Positions 25,551-35,562 of a stretch of DNA of 64,000 nucleotides are shown here, one piece after another; position 1 is the first letter of the stretch, and every line of letters begins with the position of its first letter. Location of the stretch: positions 149,112 to 213,111 of the forward strand of contig CAWJRY010000016.1 of NCBI GenBank assembly GCA_963845405.1, given 5' to 3'. Below the pieces are notes generated by a model that saw only the letters and a program-made list of their open reading frames with translations, was not told where the DNA came from and searched no databases. This stretch comes from an uncultured Acidobacteriaceae bacterium. Its GTDB lineage: Bacteria; Acidobacteriota; Terriglobia; Terriglobales; Acidobacteriaceae. The position numbers and the translations under genes were made by a program.

Positions 25551-26465
25551 TCAGTGACGCAACCGCCCAAGACTCAACCGCTCAAATATTGGAATCGCTC
25601 GAAAACCAAACTCCTCGGCGAACCGCCCGCAATCCAACACCCGCGGATTACCGACCACACGCGACCCGCCCAGGGTGACGCAAACATTCGGATTCAAACC
25701 CTCCACCGCACGTTTTAAATCATCCACCACAACTGATTCGCACAGCGCGTTATACACCGAATGTCCCAACCGCGGTGTCTGCAGCAGCAGCGCCATCATC
25801 TGAGCCACGTCATCCACGTGAATGATCAAGATTCTCTCCGACCCCTCATATGGCAAAACAATTTCGGTCGCTTGTTCGACAGCGAGAAGTTCGAATATTT
25901 CACTCCGCCAAGCCGACGTGGCCGATTGCGCTCCGGGCCCCACGACGCGCGCAATGCGCAGAGTGGCAAAATCCAAACCGTCTCGGCAAGCCTCACCAAC
26001 GTGCTCGATATAAAGTTTTGCCACGCCATAAACATCTTCCGGCGCCGCCCGGTCTAACTCCGATACAACCTGTTCCTCAGAACAAGTGCCGTAGACGCTC
26101 ACGGAACTGCCAAATACCACGCGCCCCACCCCGAACTCTCGCGCCATTTCAATCAACTGCAGGCTCCCTAGAACGTTGACCCTGGTTGCCCGCAAAGGCT
26201 CGCGCTGTGCCACGGTCGGCAAAATCGCGGCCAGGTGGATGATCCCGCTGAACCTCTCTGCCTCGAATACTCGCCGCAACTGCGCTCCGTCGCTGATGTC
26301 GCACAACACTTCGTGCGCCGCCTTCGACGCGTCCGGTCCCGGCGGCGACTGATCCAAAGAACTAACCCGATAACCTGTACGCCGTAAAAGTTTCACCACG
26401 GCGCGCCCAATGAATCCGCGCCCGCCCGTTACCAACACCGAACTGTTGTTGTCCTTGTCCATCAC
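25551..26465 (-). CDS. NAD-dependent epimerase/dehydratase (SDR family)
   Basis: VLVTGGRGFIGRAVV glycine-rich NAD motif and YGVAK catalytic motif. Confidence 0.85.
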   Translation of the reverse strand: MMDKDNNSSVLVTGGRGFIGRAVVKLLRRTGYRVSSLDQSPPGPDASKAAHEVLCDISDGAQLRRVFEAERFSGIIHLAAILPTVAQREPLRATRVNVLGSLQLIEMAREFGVGRVVFGSSVSVYGTCSEEQVVSELDRAAPEDVYGVAKLYIEHVGEACRDGLDFATLRIARVVGPGAQSATSAWRSEIFELLAVEQATEIVLPYEGSERILIIHVDDVAQMMALLLQTPRLGHSVYNALCESVVVDDLKRAVEGLNPNVCVTLGGSRVVGNPRVLDCGRFAEEFGFRAIPIFERLSLGRLRH

Positions 26466-26468
26466 CCG

Positions 26469-27857
26469 ATGGTGGCGGGATCATCCTCGCCACCCTGTTT
26501 CCACTCTCATCAACACCGCATCAAACTAACCAACAAGCGCTATCGCGCCCGCGATTTCCCGCATGTTACGCTCATCTTGCTCTGCGATCTGTCTCCCACT
26601 TCGTCCGTGGCGATTCAGACCAACAATTTTCGGCGTCTGCTGCACACGGTCGAAGCCCTGTCGGAACTGGGCCCGGCGCTCGCCGTGGAGCGCGATTTTT
26701 CCGACACTTCGCGCCGCATGCTGACTTCGGTCATGGACGCCGCTGGCGCCCGCGAAGGCGCGCTCTTCCTCTTCAATGACAAACCAGCCATGCTGACATC
26801 CGCGGCGGCTCAGGGATTCGCCCTGATGCCCGATCCCGCCTTCATCCCTCTTCTTCCCAAACACGTGCATGCGCTGACCGCCGCGCGTGGTCCCATCGTG
26901 CTCAACTCGTCCACTTATTCCGTCTTCCTGAGTTCGAACGGCAACGTTGCTCCTGAATTGTTCAAGTGCGTCGCACCTCTCCGTGCCGGCGGACGCCTCG
27001 CTGGCGTCATCGCGCTTGGCCGTCGCCCCGGCGACGCGCTCTATGAAGATAGCGAACTCGACGCTTTGGAATTGCTGTGCAGCTACGTTGCGCTCGCTGT
27101 ACAGAATCATTCGCTCAGTCAGACCATCGCCCAGCGCGTTTCGGAAAACCTGCGGCTCATGGCTTCGCTGCACGGCTTCTACGATAACGCACTCGAAGCC
27201 TTCGCCACTGCCATCGACGTCAAGCACGTCAACATTCACGGACACTCCCTCCGCGTGGGTCGTTATGCCTCCGCCATCGGAGAAGCCATGGGCATGGAGC
27301 CCGGCGAAGTCGCCGCGCTGCGCAGTGCCGGATATCTGCACGACATTGGCAAGGTCGCCGTCGACCGTCGGCTGTTCGGCAAAGCAGGTGCGCTCGATGC
27401 CGAAGAATTTCGTGAGATGGCCGACCATACCACCGTCGGCCACCAGATCGTGAGCAGCGTCCAATTTCCCTGGCCCAAGATCCCCGAGACCGTGCGCTGG
27501 CATCACGAGCGCAGCGACGGCTCGGGCTACCCCGACAAACTCGGTCAGGACGACCTGCCGATGGCTGTACGCATTGTCGGTATTGCCGACTCTTTCGACG
27601 CCATGACCAGCGCTCGTCCCTATCGCGCGCCACTCTCAGTAGGAAGTGCCTTGAGCGATCTGGTGCGTATGGCCCCACTGAAGTTCGATCCCAACGTCGT
27701 GCAGGCACTCCTCATTCAAGTCCGTCGCGACGCCGTCGGCAGCAGCCGAAGTCCTCTCATCGAAGGCCCAGCCGTTAACATTGCGGCCAGCGATATCGAT
27801 CATCTCGCCGCGACGCTGCAACACAAAGTCTCGCGCGGCAAGCTGTACCTCACCTAG
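26469..27857 (+). CDS. GAF-domain HD-GYP phosphodiesterase
   Basis: HD...HHERSDGSGYPDKL is the HD-GYP signature, with an N-terminal GAF-like region. The true start is probably internal (about 26607 or later), because the track start abuts the divergent gene. Confidence 0.85.
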   Translation: MVAGSSSPPCFHSHQHRIKLTNKRYRARDFPHVTLILLCDLSPTSSVAIQTNNFRRLLHTVEALSELGPALAVERDFSDTSRRMLTSVMDAAGAREGALFLFNDKPAMLTSAAAQGFALMPDPAFIPLLPKHVHALTAARGPIVLNSSTYSVFLSSNGNVAPELFKCVAPLRAGGRLAGVIALGRRPGDALYEDSELDALELLCSYVALAVQNHSLSQTIAQRVSENLRLMASLHGFYDNALEAFATAIDVKHVNIHGHSLRVGRYASAIGEAMGMEPGEVAALRSAGYLHDIGKVAVDRRLFGKAGALDAEEFREMADHTTVGHQIVSSVQFPWPKIPETVRWHHERSDGSGYPDKLGQDDLPMAVRIVGIADSFDAMTSARPYRAPLSVGSALSDLVRMAPLKFDPNVVQALLIQVRRDAVGSSRSPLIEGPAVNIAASDIDHLAATLQHKVSRGKLYLT

Positions 27858-28075
27858 GCTCCACTATCACCGTTCTTGATGGGATAGTTTTTCAGGCGAT
27901 AAGCGTGATCTAGCGGCATCGCGCCTTGGCGCCGATCCGCTGGCAACCGCGGCAGGCCCCTAAAGCCCCTGCCAGATAAGGACTTTGAGGATTTTTCAGA
28001 GCCTTGTTTACCAGCAACTTTTTTCCCGGTTAGGGTTCATAATCAGGAGGGATTGGTTCCTTCCGGGGAGTCCTG

Positions 28076-30286
28076 ATGAGGTTCTACCTTGGCAAGCCTG
28101 CGATGTTTCTTCTTACCCTGACCCTTGCCTGTGCGGCTCCGCAAATCCTCGCCAGGAAGAAGCCGTCGCCCTCTGATTCTGGATCAAACGAGCAACGACG
28201 CGCAGCCCACGCCTTGAATCGCCTCACTTTCGGTCCGCGCCCTGGCGATATTCAGCAGGTCACTGCGATGGGCGTTGATGCCTGGATCGATCTGCAACTG
28301 CATCCGGAAAAAATCTCCGATGCCGCAGTCGAATCCCGACTCGTGCCTTTTCGTACGCTGCGCATGAGTTCCCATCAGATGGTCGAGGAATTTCCCGACA
28401 ACCAGATGATCCGCCAGGTCATGGACGGCAAGAAGCCCATGCCTTCCGATCCCGCCAGGCGCGCCGTGTTTCAAGTGCAGACCGCCCGCATGGAAGAGAA
28501 GAAAGAGCGCAAGGCAGAAGCCGCTGCTCCTCCGGCCATGGTCGCAGCTAAGTCTGAGCCCGATCTGCCTGCGTCCGAGACTGCGAAAACCGCTGAAGAA
28601 CTCGCCGCCGCTGCCGGCCCCGATACGCCCGCGAATATTCCTTTCGACAGCACATCGACAGCTTCTCCTCTGCGCGAAATGTCGACGCCAGCGCCCGCGG
28701 ATTCGAAAGCGGCGGTGAACGATCCGGAAGCGCGCCGTCGTGAAGCGCGTCTCTATGCCGACCTGGAAATTCAGAAACTTCCCGATCTGCCTCCTGACCA
28801 GCGCTACAAGAAAATTATGTCGATGTCGGCTGACGACCAGTTCGCATTCGCGGAAGAATTGCGCGGTGGCAAGGGACAGGAATTTCTTGCCGGTCTCGAT
28901 CCCAGGCAAAGGGAAACTCTGCTGGCCATGAACAATCCGGAAAGTGTGGTCACCGACGAACTGGTTCAAGCCAAGCTGTTGCGTGCGATCTACAGCGAGC
29001 GCCAACTCGACGAAGTAATGTCCGATTTCTGGTTCAACCACTTCAACGTGTTCATCAACAAAGGCGCCGACCGCGTGTTACTCACCAGCTACGAACAAGA
29101 CGTGATCCGCCCACACGCTCTGGGTAAGTTCGAAGATCTGCTCGTGGCGACGGCGAAAAGTCCCGCAATGCTTTTCTACCTCGACAACTGGTTGAGCGTG
29201 GGTCCGAACTCGATGCAGGCTTTGGGCATCCCGTCGCGTCCCGGTCAGTACGGGCCATACCGCTATCCGCGCCAAAGACCGAACGCGAATCCGAATGCCA
29301 AGCGTAAACAGAACAGCGGCCTGAACGAAAACTACGGACGCGAATTACTAGAACTCCATACATTAAGCGTGAATGGTGGCTACTCGCAGCACGATGTCAC
29401 CGAAGTCGCAAAAGTATTCACCGGCTGGACGATCGACAGACCGAACGAGGGCGGCGGCTTCAAGTTCGAACCGCGCACTCACGAGCCCGGGCCGAAGTTT
29501 GTTCTTGGACATCGCATCAAGCCCAAAGGCGAAGACGAAGGTAGGGAAGTGCTGCACCTTTTGGCGACCAGCTCCCAGACCGCGCATTTTATTTCGTTGA
29601 AACTGGCGCAGCGCTTCGTCTCCGACGACCCGCCGCCGGCGCTGGTCGATCGCATGGCGAAGACTTTTCAGAAGAAAAAAGGTGACATCCGCGAAGTTCT
29701 CAGCACGCTATTCCACTCACCTGAGTTCTGGGTGGCCGATAGTTACCGCGCCAAGGTGAAAACTCCGCTGGAATTTGTGGCGTCTGCGGTGCGCGCGACT
29801 GGAGCGGATGTCGACGACGCCATGCCGCTCGCCCGTCAGCTCAACAACATGGGCATGCCGCTCTACGGAGCGCAACCGCCGACGGGATATTCGATGAAGG
29901 CCGAGACTTGGGTCAGTTCGTCCGCACTGCTGAACCGCATGAATTTCGCACTGGCGCTGACGTCGGGAAAAGTTCGCGGCGTCAAAGTCGACACCGCGCA
30001 GCTGGCAGGAAGTCTGCCTGTGCCCGTTGATCCAGCGCTGGCTCTTTCGACCCTGGAAGCAAAGCTGCTGGCAGACGACGTGTCAAAACAGACGCACGAC
30101 TCGATAGTCGCGCAGATCGAAGCGCCGAAGGTTGCTGTACCAGAATCGCAGAACAGCGAATCGCGGAACAATGATTCACCGATTAGCGACAAGAAAGCCC
30201 AGCGCAAGCCCGCAGCGGCGCGTCCGCCGGACGCAAGCACGATCGCAGGTCTGCTGCTGGGGTCGCCTGAGTTTCAGAAAAGATAA
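28076..30286 (+). CDS. DUF1800-family protein (lipoprotein signal)
   Basis: Core motif MSDFWFNHFNVF. Signal peptide with LTLAC. It is paired with a downstream DUF1501 gene. Confidence 0.85.
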   Translation: MRFYLGKPAMFLLTLTLACAAPQILARKKPSPSDSGSNEQRRAAHALNRLTFGPRPGDIQQVTAMGVDAWIDLQLHPEKISDAAVESRLVPFRTLRMSSHQMVEEFPDNQMIRQVMDGKKPMPSDPARRAVFQVQTARMEEKKERKAEAAAPPAMVAAKSEPDLPASETAKTAEELAAAAGPDTPANIPFDSTSTASPLREMSTPAPADSKAAVNDPEARRREARLYADLEIQKLPDLPPDQRYKKIMSMSADDQFAFAEELRGGKGQEFLAGLDPRQRETLLAMNNPESVVTDELVQAKLLRAIYSERQLDEVMSDFWFNHFNVFINKGADRVLLTSYEQDVIRPHALGKFEDLLVATAKSPAMLFYLDNWLSVGPNSMQALGIPSRPGQYGPYRYPRQRPNANPNAKRKQNSGLNENYGRELLELHTLSVNGGYSQHDVTEVAKVFTGWTIDRPNEGGGFKFEPRTHEPGPKFVLGHRIKPKGEDEGREVLHLLATSSQTAHFISLKLAQRFVSDDPPPALVDRMAKTFQKKKGDIREVLSTLFHSPEFWVADSYRAKVKTPLEFVASAVRATGADVDDAMPLARQLNNMGMPLYGAQPPTGYSMKAETWVSSSALLNRMNFALALTSGKVRGVKVDTAQLAGSLPVPVDPALALSTLEAKLLADDVSKQTHDSIVAQIEAPKVAVPESQNSESRNNDSPISDKKAQRKPAAARPPDASTIAGLLLGSPEFQKR

Positions 30287-30288
30287 GC

Positions 30289-30381
30289 TCTTGGCTTTTG
30301 GCTCTTGGCCTTTGGCTTGAGTCCCACGGACGCGCTAGGAACCAAGAACCAAGAACCAAGAGCCAAGCCAGGAGCCAGGAG
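30289..30381. repeat. Inverted heptamer element: (NNTTGGC)x4, 23-nt spacer, (CCAAGAN)x4, (CCAGGAG)x2
   Basis: The left arm TCTTGGC TTTTGGC TCTTGGC CTTTGGC is 30289-30316. The spacer ttgagtcccaCGGACGCGCtagg follows. The right arm spans 30340-30381, and its last units contain the GGAG ribosome-binding site of the DUF1501 gene. Confidence 0.85.
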
Positions 30382-30389
30382 CTGTTCTT

Positions 30390-31634
30390 ATGTCCTTAAC
30401 CCGTCGCGTTTTCCTTCGCAACAGCGCTCTCGCCGTCGTCGGCACGGCTGCCGTGCCCAGCTTTCTGACCCGTGCCGCATTCGGCGCCGTCGAATCCGGA
30501 GCTGCCAACAAACGCCTCGTCGTTATCTTCCAGCGCGGAGCTGCCGACGGCCTTAACATCGTTGTCCCGCACGCCGAGCCGCAATACTACGCAATGCGTC
30601 CGAGCATTAATATTCCACGAAAGTCCGTGCTCGATCTCGACGGCTTCTTCGGACTGCATCCTTCGCTCGCGGCGTTTCAGCCACTCTGGCAACAACGCCA
30701 CCTTGCCATTGTGCACGCCGCCGGATCGCCCGACATCACGCGTTCTCACTTCGACGCCCAGGATTTCATGGAAACTGGCACGCCCGGCGTGAAGAACACC
30801 GAAGACGGATGGCTCAACCGCTCCCTGCATAACCTGCCGCCGACAGCGCAGCAGTCGGCCTTCCGCGCTATTGCGTTGGGGCCGTCGCTGCCGCGGATCC
30901 TGAGTGGAGCAGAGCCAGCCGTCGCGATGAACAACATCAACGACTTCTCAGTCGGAGGCAAGAGCGCAAAGCCTTCGCCCGCCGCCAGCGCATTCGAAGC
31001 CATGTACGACCACTCGTCCGACAGCGTCCTGCATGGTACCGGCGAGGAAACTTTCGATGCGGTGAAAATGCTGAAAGCCGCCGACCCCGGCAAATACACG
31101 GCCGCCCCTGGTGCGAACTATCCCAAGGGACGCTTCGGCGACAGCCTGCGTCAACTCGCGCAACTGATCAAAGCAAACCTGGGCGTGCAGGTTGCTTTCG
31201 CCGACATCGGCGGATGGGACCATCACGTCAACGAAGGCGCAACCGAAGGCCAGCTCGCAAATGTGCTCACCGATTTCTCTCAGTCGCTCGCCGCCTTCTG
31301 GACCGACCTCGGCGATCTCGGTGAAGATACTGTCGTCGTCACCATGTCGGAATTCGGCCGCACCGCCCGCGAAAACGGCAACCGCGGCACCGACCACGGC
31401 CACGCCAACGTCATGTTCGTTCTGGGAGGCCCGGTGAAAGGCGGCAAAGTCTATGGACGCTGGCCCGGCCTAGACCAATCCCACCTCTACGAAGGCCGCG
31501 ACCTCGCCCTGACCACGGACTTCCGCCAGGTAATCGGAGAAGCCGTAGCTCGGCATATTGGGAACAAGAACCTCGCCAACGTTTTTCCGGGATACGACAA
31601 TCAGCCGGGGAGATTCCTGCACTATCTCGGCTAG
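30390..31634 (+). CDS. DUF1501-family protein (Tat signal, sulfatase-like fold)
   Basis: MSLTRRVFLRNSALAVVGTAAVPSF is a twin-arginine signal. A DUF1501 motif set is present (...GGWDHH..., ...MSEFGRT..., GTDHG). Confidence 0.9.
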   Translation: MSLTRRVFLRNSALAVVGTAAVPSFLTRAAFGAVESGAANKRLVVIFQRGAADGLNIVVPHAEPQYYAMRPSINIPRKSVLDLDGFFGLHPSLAAFQPLWQQRHLAIVHAAGSPDITRSHFDAQDFMETGTPGVKNTEDGWLNRSLHNLPPTAQQSAFRAIALGPSLPRILSGAEPAVAMNNINDFSVGGKSAKPSPAASAFEAMYDHSSDSVLHGTGEETFDAVKMLKAADPGKYTAAPGANYPKGRFGDSLRQLAQLIKANLGVQVAFADIGGWDHHVNEGATEGQLANVLTDFSQSLAAFWTDLGDLGEDTVVVTMSEFGRTARENGNRGTDHGHANVMFVLGGPVKGGKVYGRWPGLDQSHLYEGRDLALTTDFRQVIGEAVARHIGNKNLANVFPGYDNQPGRFLHYLG

Positions 31635-31682
31635 CCTCGTCCCGCGCCATCTCACCGGCGAACGTCCCGTCGATGGCGACAT

Positions 31683-31766
31683 GTCCCGTAGGGACATCCG
31701 GAAATAGCCCGGCGCTTCAGCGCCGGGAAGGCGCGCGCAAGAAAAGAAACGCGTCCCGTTAGGGAC
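31683..31766. repeat. REP-like triple-hairpin element
   Basis: GTCCC-gta-GGGAC (31683-31695), CCCGGCGC-ttca-GCGCCGGG (31708-31727) and GTCCC-gtta-GGGAC (31753-31766). Confidence 0.6.
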
Positions 31767-31860
31767 GCCTGAACCCACGCCATTAGACCAGATCGTTCAA
31801 TCGTGCCCACAGCACGCGGCTAAGAATCCACGCTCTCACCCGCGCGCGAGTTTACGTCGG

Positions 31861-32373
31861 CTACGACTGCGTTCCTTCTGCGGCAGGCGCGCCACATTCT
31901 TCGCAGAACTTTGCAAGCGGCGAAATTCGATGCCCGTTTAGGCATCGGCGTCCTGCGTCGAACGTCTCCACATGGATGACGGAGTACGCAACACAGAATG
32001 CTACCGAATAAAAAACCGCAAAAACGAACAAGAATCCCGCCGGAGACCTTTCTGGCCTGCTGCCCCAGAGGAATGGGGCAAAGAATGCGGCGAATGCTAA
32101 CCCCGTAACGACCCACAGCCCAGCCCTCATCCACGGAGGACAGCCGCGAAGCGCAGCCTTCCAAAAATCGCGTTGTTTGAAGTCGGCGATAAGGAGATTC
32201 GCGAACAGGATCGTCGGCAGCCAAACAGCGAAAACGCCCGGGAAAAGAAAGCTAAAGGCCTTCGCCATGGAAGGGCTCCCGTTAAGGGCCGCGAAGGCAA
32301 GGCAGAAGGAGGCAAGCACGCCCAGCGAAGCCAATGCCATCACCGGATATGCAAGCAGCCGAGCTAGCTTCAT
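31861..32373 (-). CDS. Multi-TM membrane protein with a C-terminal zinc-ribbon-like tail
   Basis: About five hydrophobic helices followed by ...RRCLNGHRISPLAKFCEECGAP. The start overlaps the Rieske gene stop (ATGA). Confidence 0.55.
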   Translation of the reverse strand: MKLARLLAYPVMALASLGVLASFCLAFAALNGSPSMAKAFSFLFPGVFAVWLPTILFANLLIADFKQRDFWKAALRGCPPWMRAGLWVVTGLAFAAFFAPFLWGSRPERSPAGFLFVFAVFYSVAFCVAYSVIHVETFDAGRRCLNGHRISPLAKFCEECGAPAAEGTQS

Positions 32374-32678
32374 TGCATCTCGATCAGAACGTCGCCGCCC
32401 TCAATCTTGATCGGATACACCGCAATCTTCGCGCTCGGATTCTGATCGGGCACTCCCGTCTTTGGGTCATAGGTCCAACCGTGCCACGGACAGACGACCT
32501 TTCCGTTCTCGATCATCCCTTGACCGAGCGGTCCGCCGCGATGCAGGCAGATGTTATCCATCGCACTGTAGACGCCGCTGACATTGGCAACGCAGATGGT
32601 CTTGTCGCCGCAGGGAAGTTCTTTCGCTTCGTCCGCAGCAGGGAGTTCGGACTGAGTGGTTAGTTTGATGAAAGGCAT
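32370..32678 (-). CDS. Rieske [2Fe-2S] domain protein
   Basis: CLHRGGPL...CPWHGW gives the CxH...CxxH Rieske ligands. The protein is 102 aa. Confidence 0.85.
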   Translation of the reverse strand: MPFIKLTTQSELPAADEAKELPCGDKTICVANVSGVYSAMDNICLHRGGPLGQGMIENGKVVCPWHGWTYDPKTGVPDQNPSAKIAVYPIKIEGGDVLIEMQ

Positions 32679-32702
32679 CGGATTCGTCTTTGTGGTGCGA
32701 CC

Positions 32703-32791
32703 GCCGAGCTACCCTCGGCCGGACAGCCGGGGGCGGCTGTCCCCACATGGGCTGTTTTGGTCAAAAGCCAAACAGCCAGAAGCCAAACAGC
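32703..32791. repeat. REP-like hairpins plus a GCCAAACAGC direct repeat
   Basis: GCCGAG-ctacc-CTCGGC, GGACAGCCG-gggg-CGGCTGTCC (9-bp perfect stem, 32721-32742), GGCTGTTT...AAACAGCC, and GCCAAACAGC occurring twice. Confidence 0.55.
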
Positions 32792-32794
32792 GTT

Positions 32795-33355
32795 CTACTT
32801 CGGCTGCATCGTCTGTGCGATCATGACCTGCCGCTTGAAGTTCTCCACCATATTCGGATCAAGCCGCACTTCCGTAGGCTTCCGTGCCAGCGTCATGGTG
32901 TCGATCTTGTCCTGCAGTTTGAGCAGCGCATAGAATAGATTCTCCGGACGCGGCGGGCACCCGGTCACATAAACATCCGTCGGGACGATCTTGTCGACGC
33001 CTTGCAACACCGCATACGTATTAAACGGACCGCCCACCGACGAGCACGCGCCCATCGAAATCACCCACTTCGGGTCGGGCATCTGATCGTAGATGCGCTT
33101 CACTACGGGCGCCATCTTCAAAGTGACGGTGCCGGCCACGATCATCAAATCGCTCTGCCGCGGGCTGGGACGAAACACTTCCGACCCGAAGCGCGCAATA
33201 TCAAAACGCGCGGTCGAAGACGCAATCATCTCGATCGCGCAGCAGGCCAGTCCAAACGTCATCGGCCACACGGCCGACTTGCGCGCCCAGTTGAAAACGT
33301 AATCAACCGTGCTGATCATGAAATTTTTTTCGAACTTGTTTTGCAGCCAGCCCAT
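32795..33355 (-). CDS. nuoB: NADH-quinone oxidoreductase subunit B (orphan copy)
   Basis: [18 protein letters not shown] and GCPPRPE provide the full N2-cluster cysteine set. No nuoA or nuoC flanks it. Confidence 0.9.
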   Translation of the reverse strand: MGWLQNKFEKNFMISTVDYVFNWARKSAVWPMTFGLACCAIEMIASSTARFDIARFGSEVFRPSPRQSDLMIVAGTVTLKMAPVVKRIYDQMPDPKWVISMGACSSVGGPFNTYAVLQGVDKIVPTDVYVTGCPPRPENLFYALLKLQDKIDTMTLARKPTEVRLDPNMVENFKRQVMIAQTMQPK

Positions 33356-33362
33356 GGATTGA

Positions 33363-34580
<1,218 letters not shown>

Positions 34581-34601
34581 ACGGCGCGGACTGATCAGGA
34601 C

Positions 34602-35408
34602 ATGGCAATTCCTTATTACCAGGTTGATTCTTTTACGAGCGAGCTCTTTGCCGGCAATCCGGCCGGAGTCTGCATCCTTTCCTCTGCTCTCACGGAGAGC
34701 GTAATGCAGAAGATTGCGGCTGAGAACAAGCACAGCGAGACCGCTTTTGTCGTTCCTCGCTCCGATGGCGACTTCGACTTGCGCTGGTTTACACCTAAAG
34801 TCGAAGACGACCTATGCGGACACGCGACCCTGGCATCCGCCTATGTGCTCGCACTACGGAAGCACAACGCGTGGCCGGTTCGTTTTCACACTCGCGGCGG
34901 CGTTTTGACGGTCGCTCAGAGCAAAAACAAACGCAGCTTTGAAATGGACTTTCCCGCCATGCCACCCCAACCATGTGAGATGCCAGCCGGCCTCTTGGCC
35001 GCCTTGGGCTTACGAGACCTGGGTTTGAAAGCAGCGCTGGTCATGAAATCGCGCGATTACCTCGTAGTAGTGGATCAGGCTGAACAGGTGCGAGCGCTCT
35101 CGCCCGATCTTGCCGCTCTTGCCAAGCTGGACGCCGGAAACGGAACGATTGTGACTGCTCCCGGCGAGGGTGACGTGGATTATGTGTGCCGAATGTTTCT
35201 GCCGTCGGCCGGCATCGATGAGGATCCCGCCACCGGTTCGATACACTGCATGCTGGCTCCGTATTGGGCGGGGCGCTTTGGTAAGGACACGTTTCGCGTG
35301 CAACAACTCAGCTCCCGCGGTGGATCGCTGCAGTGCACATTGGATGGCGATCGCGTGAAGATCGTCGGCAGGGCCCGCTTGTACCTTCACGGCATGCTCG
35401 AACTCTAG
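34602..35408 (+). CDS. PhzF-family isomerase
   Basis: YQVDSFTSELFAGNPAGV...SETAF...CGHATLA are PhzF family motifs. Confidence 0.85.
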   Translation: MAIPYYQVDSFTSELFAGNPAGVCILSSALTESVMQKIAAENKHSETAFVVPRSDGDFDLRWFTPKVEDDLCGHATLASAYVLALRKHNAWPVRFHTRGGVLTVAQSKNKRSFEMDFPAMPPQPCEMPAGLLAALGLRDLGLKAALVMKSRDYLVVVDQAEQVRALSPDLAALAKLDAGNGTIVTAPGEGDVDYVCRMFLPSAGIDEDPATGSIHCMLAPYWAGRFGKDTFRVQQLSSRGGSLQCTLDGDRVKIVGRARLYLHGMLEL

Positions 35409-35562
35409 CTTCCGCCCTTGCGGTGCGAGAACCTGACACCTCCCGTCAGCCAATCTTTGGCCGTGTGTCCCCCGCCCGCCCTTGCAAAAATTGCATGGGT
35501 CGGGCAACCTCAGTGGTGGCGCGCTTCGCTGATCGCACCGAAACGCGTGCCACTCGTCCTCT

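Noticed and set aside
26526-27506. 326-aa ORF antisense to the HD-GYP gene
   Set aside because: It is a shadow ORF. The opposite frame carries unmistakable HD-GYP motifs.
32795-33355. Start of a complete complex I (nuo) operon
   Set aside because: No nuoA lies upstream and no nuoC/D/E lies downstream. The flanks are an AKR gene and a Rieske protein.
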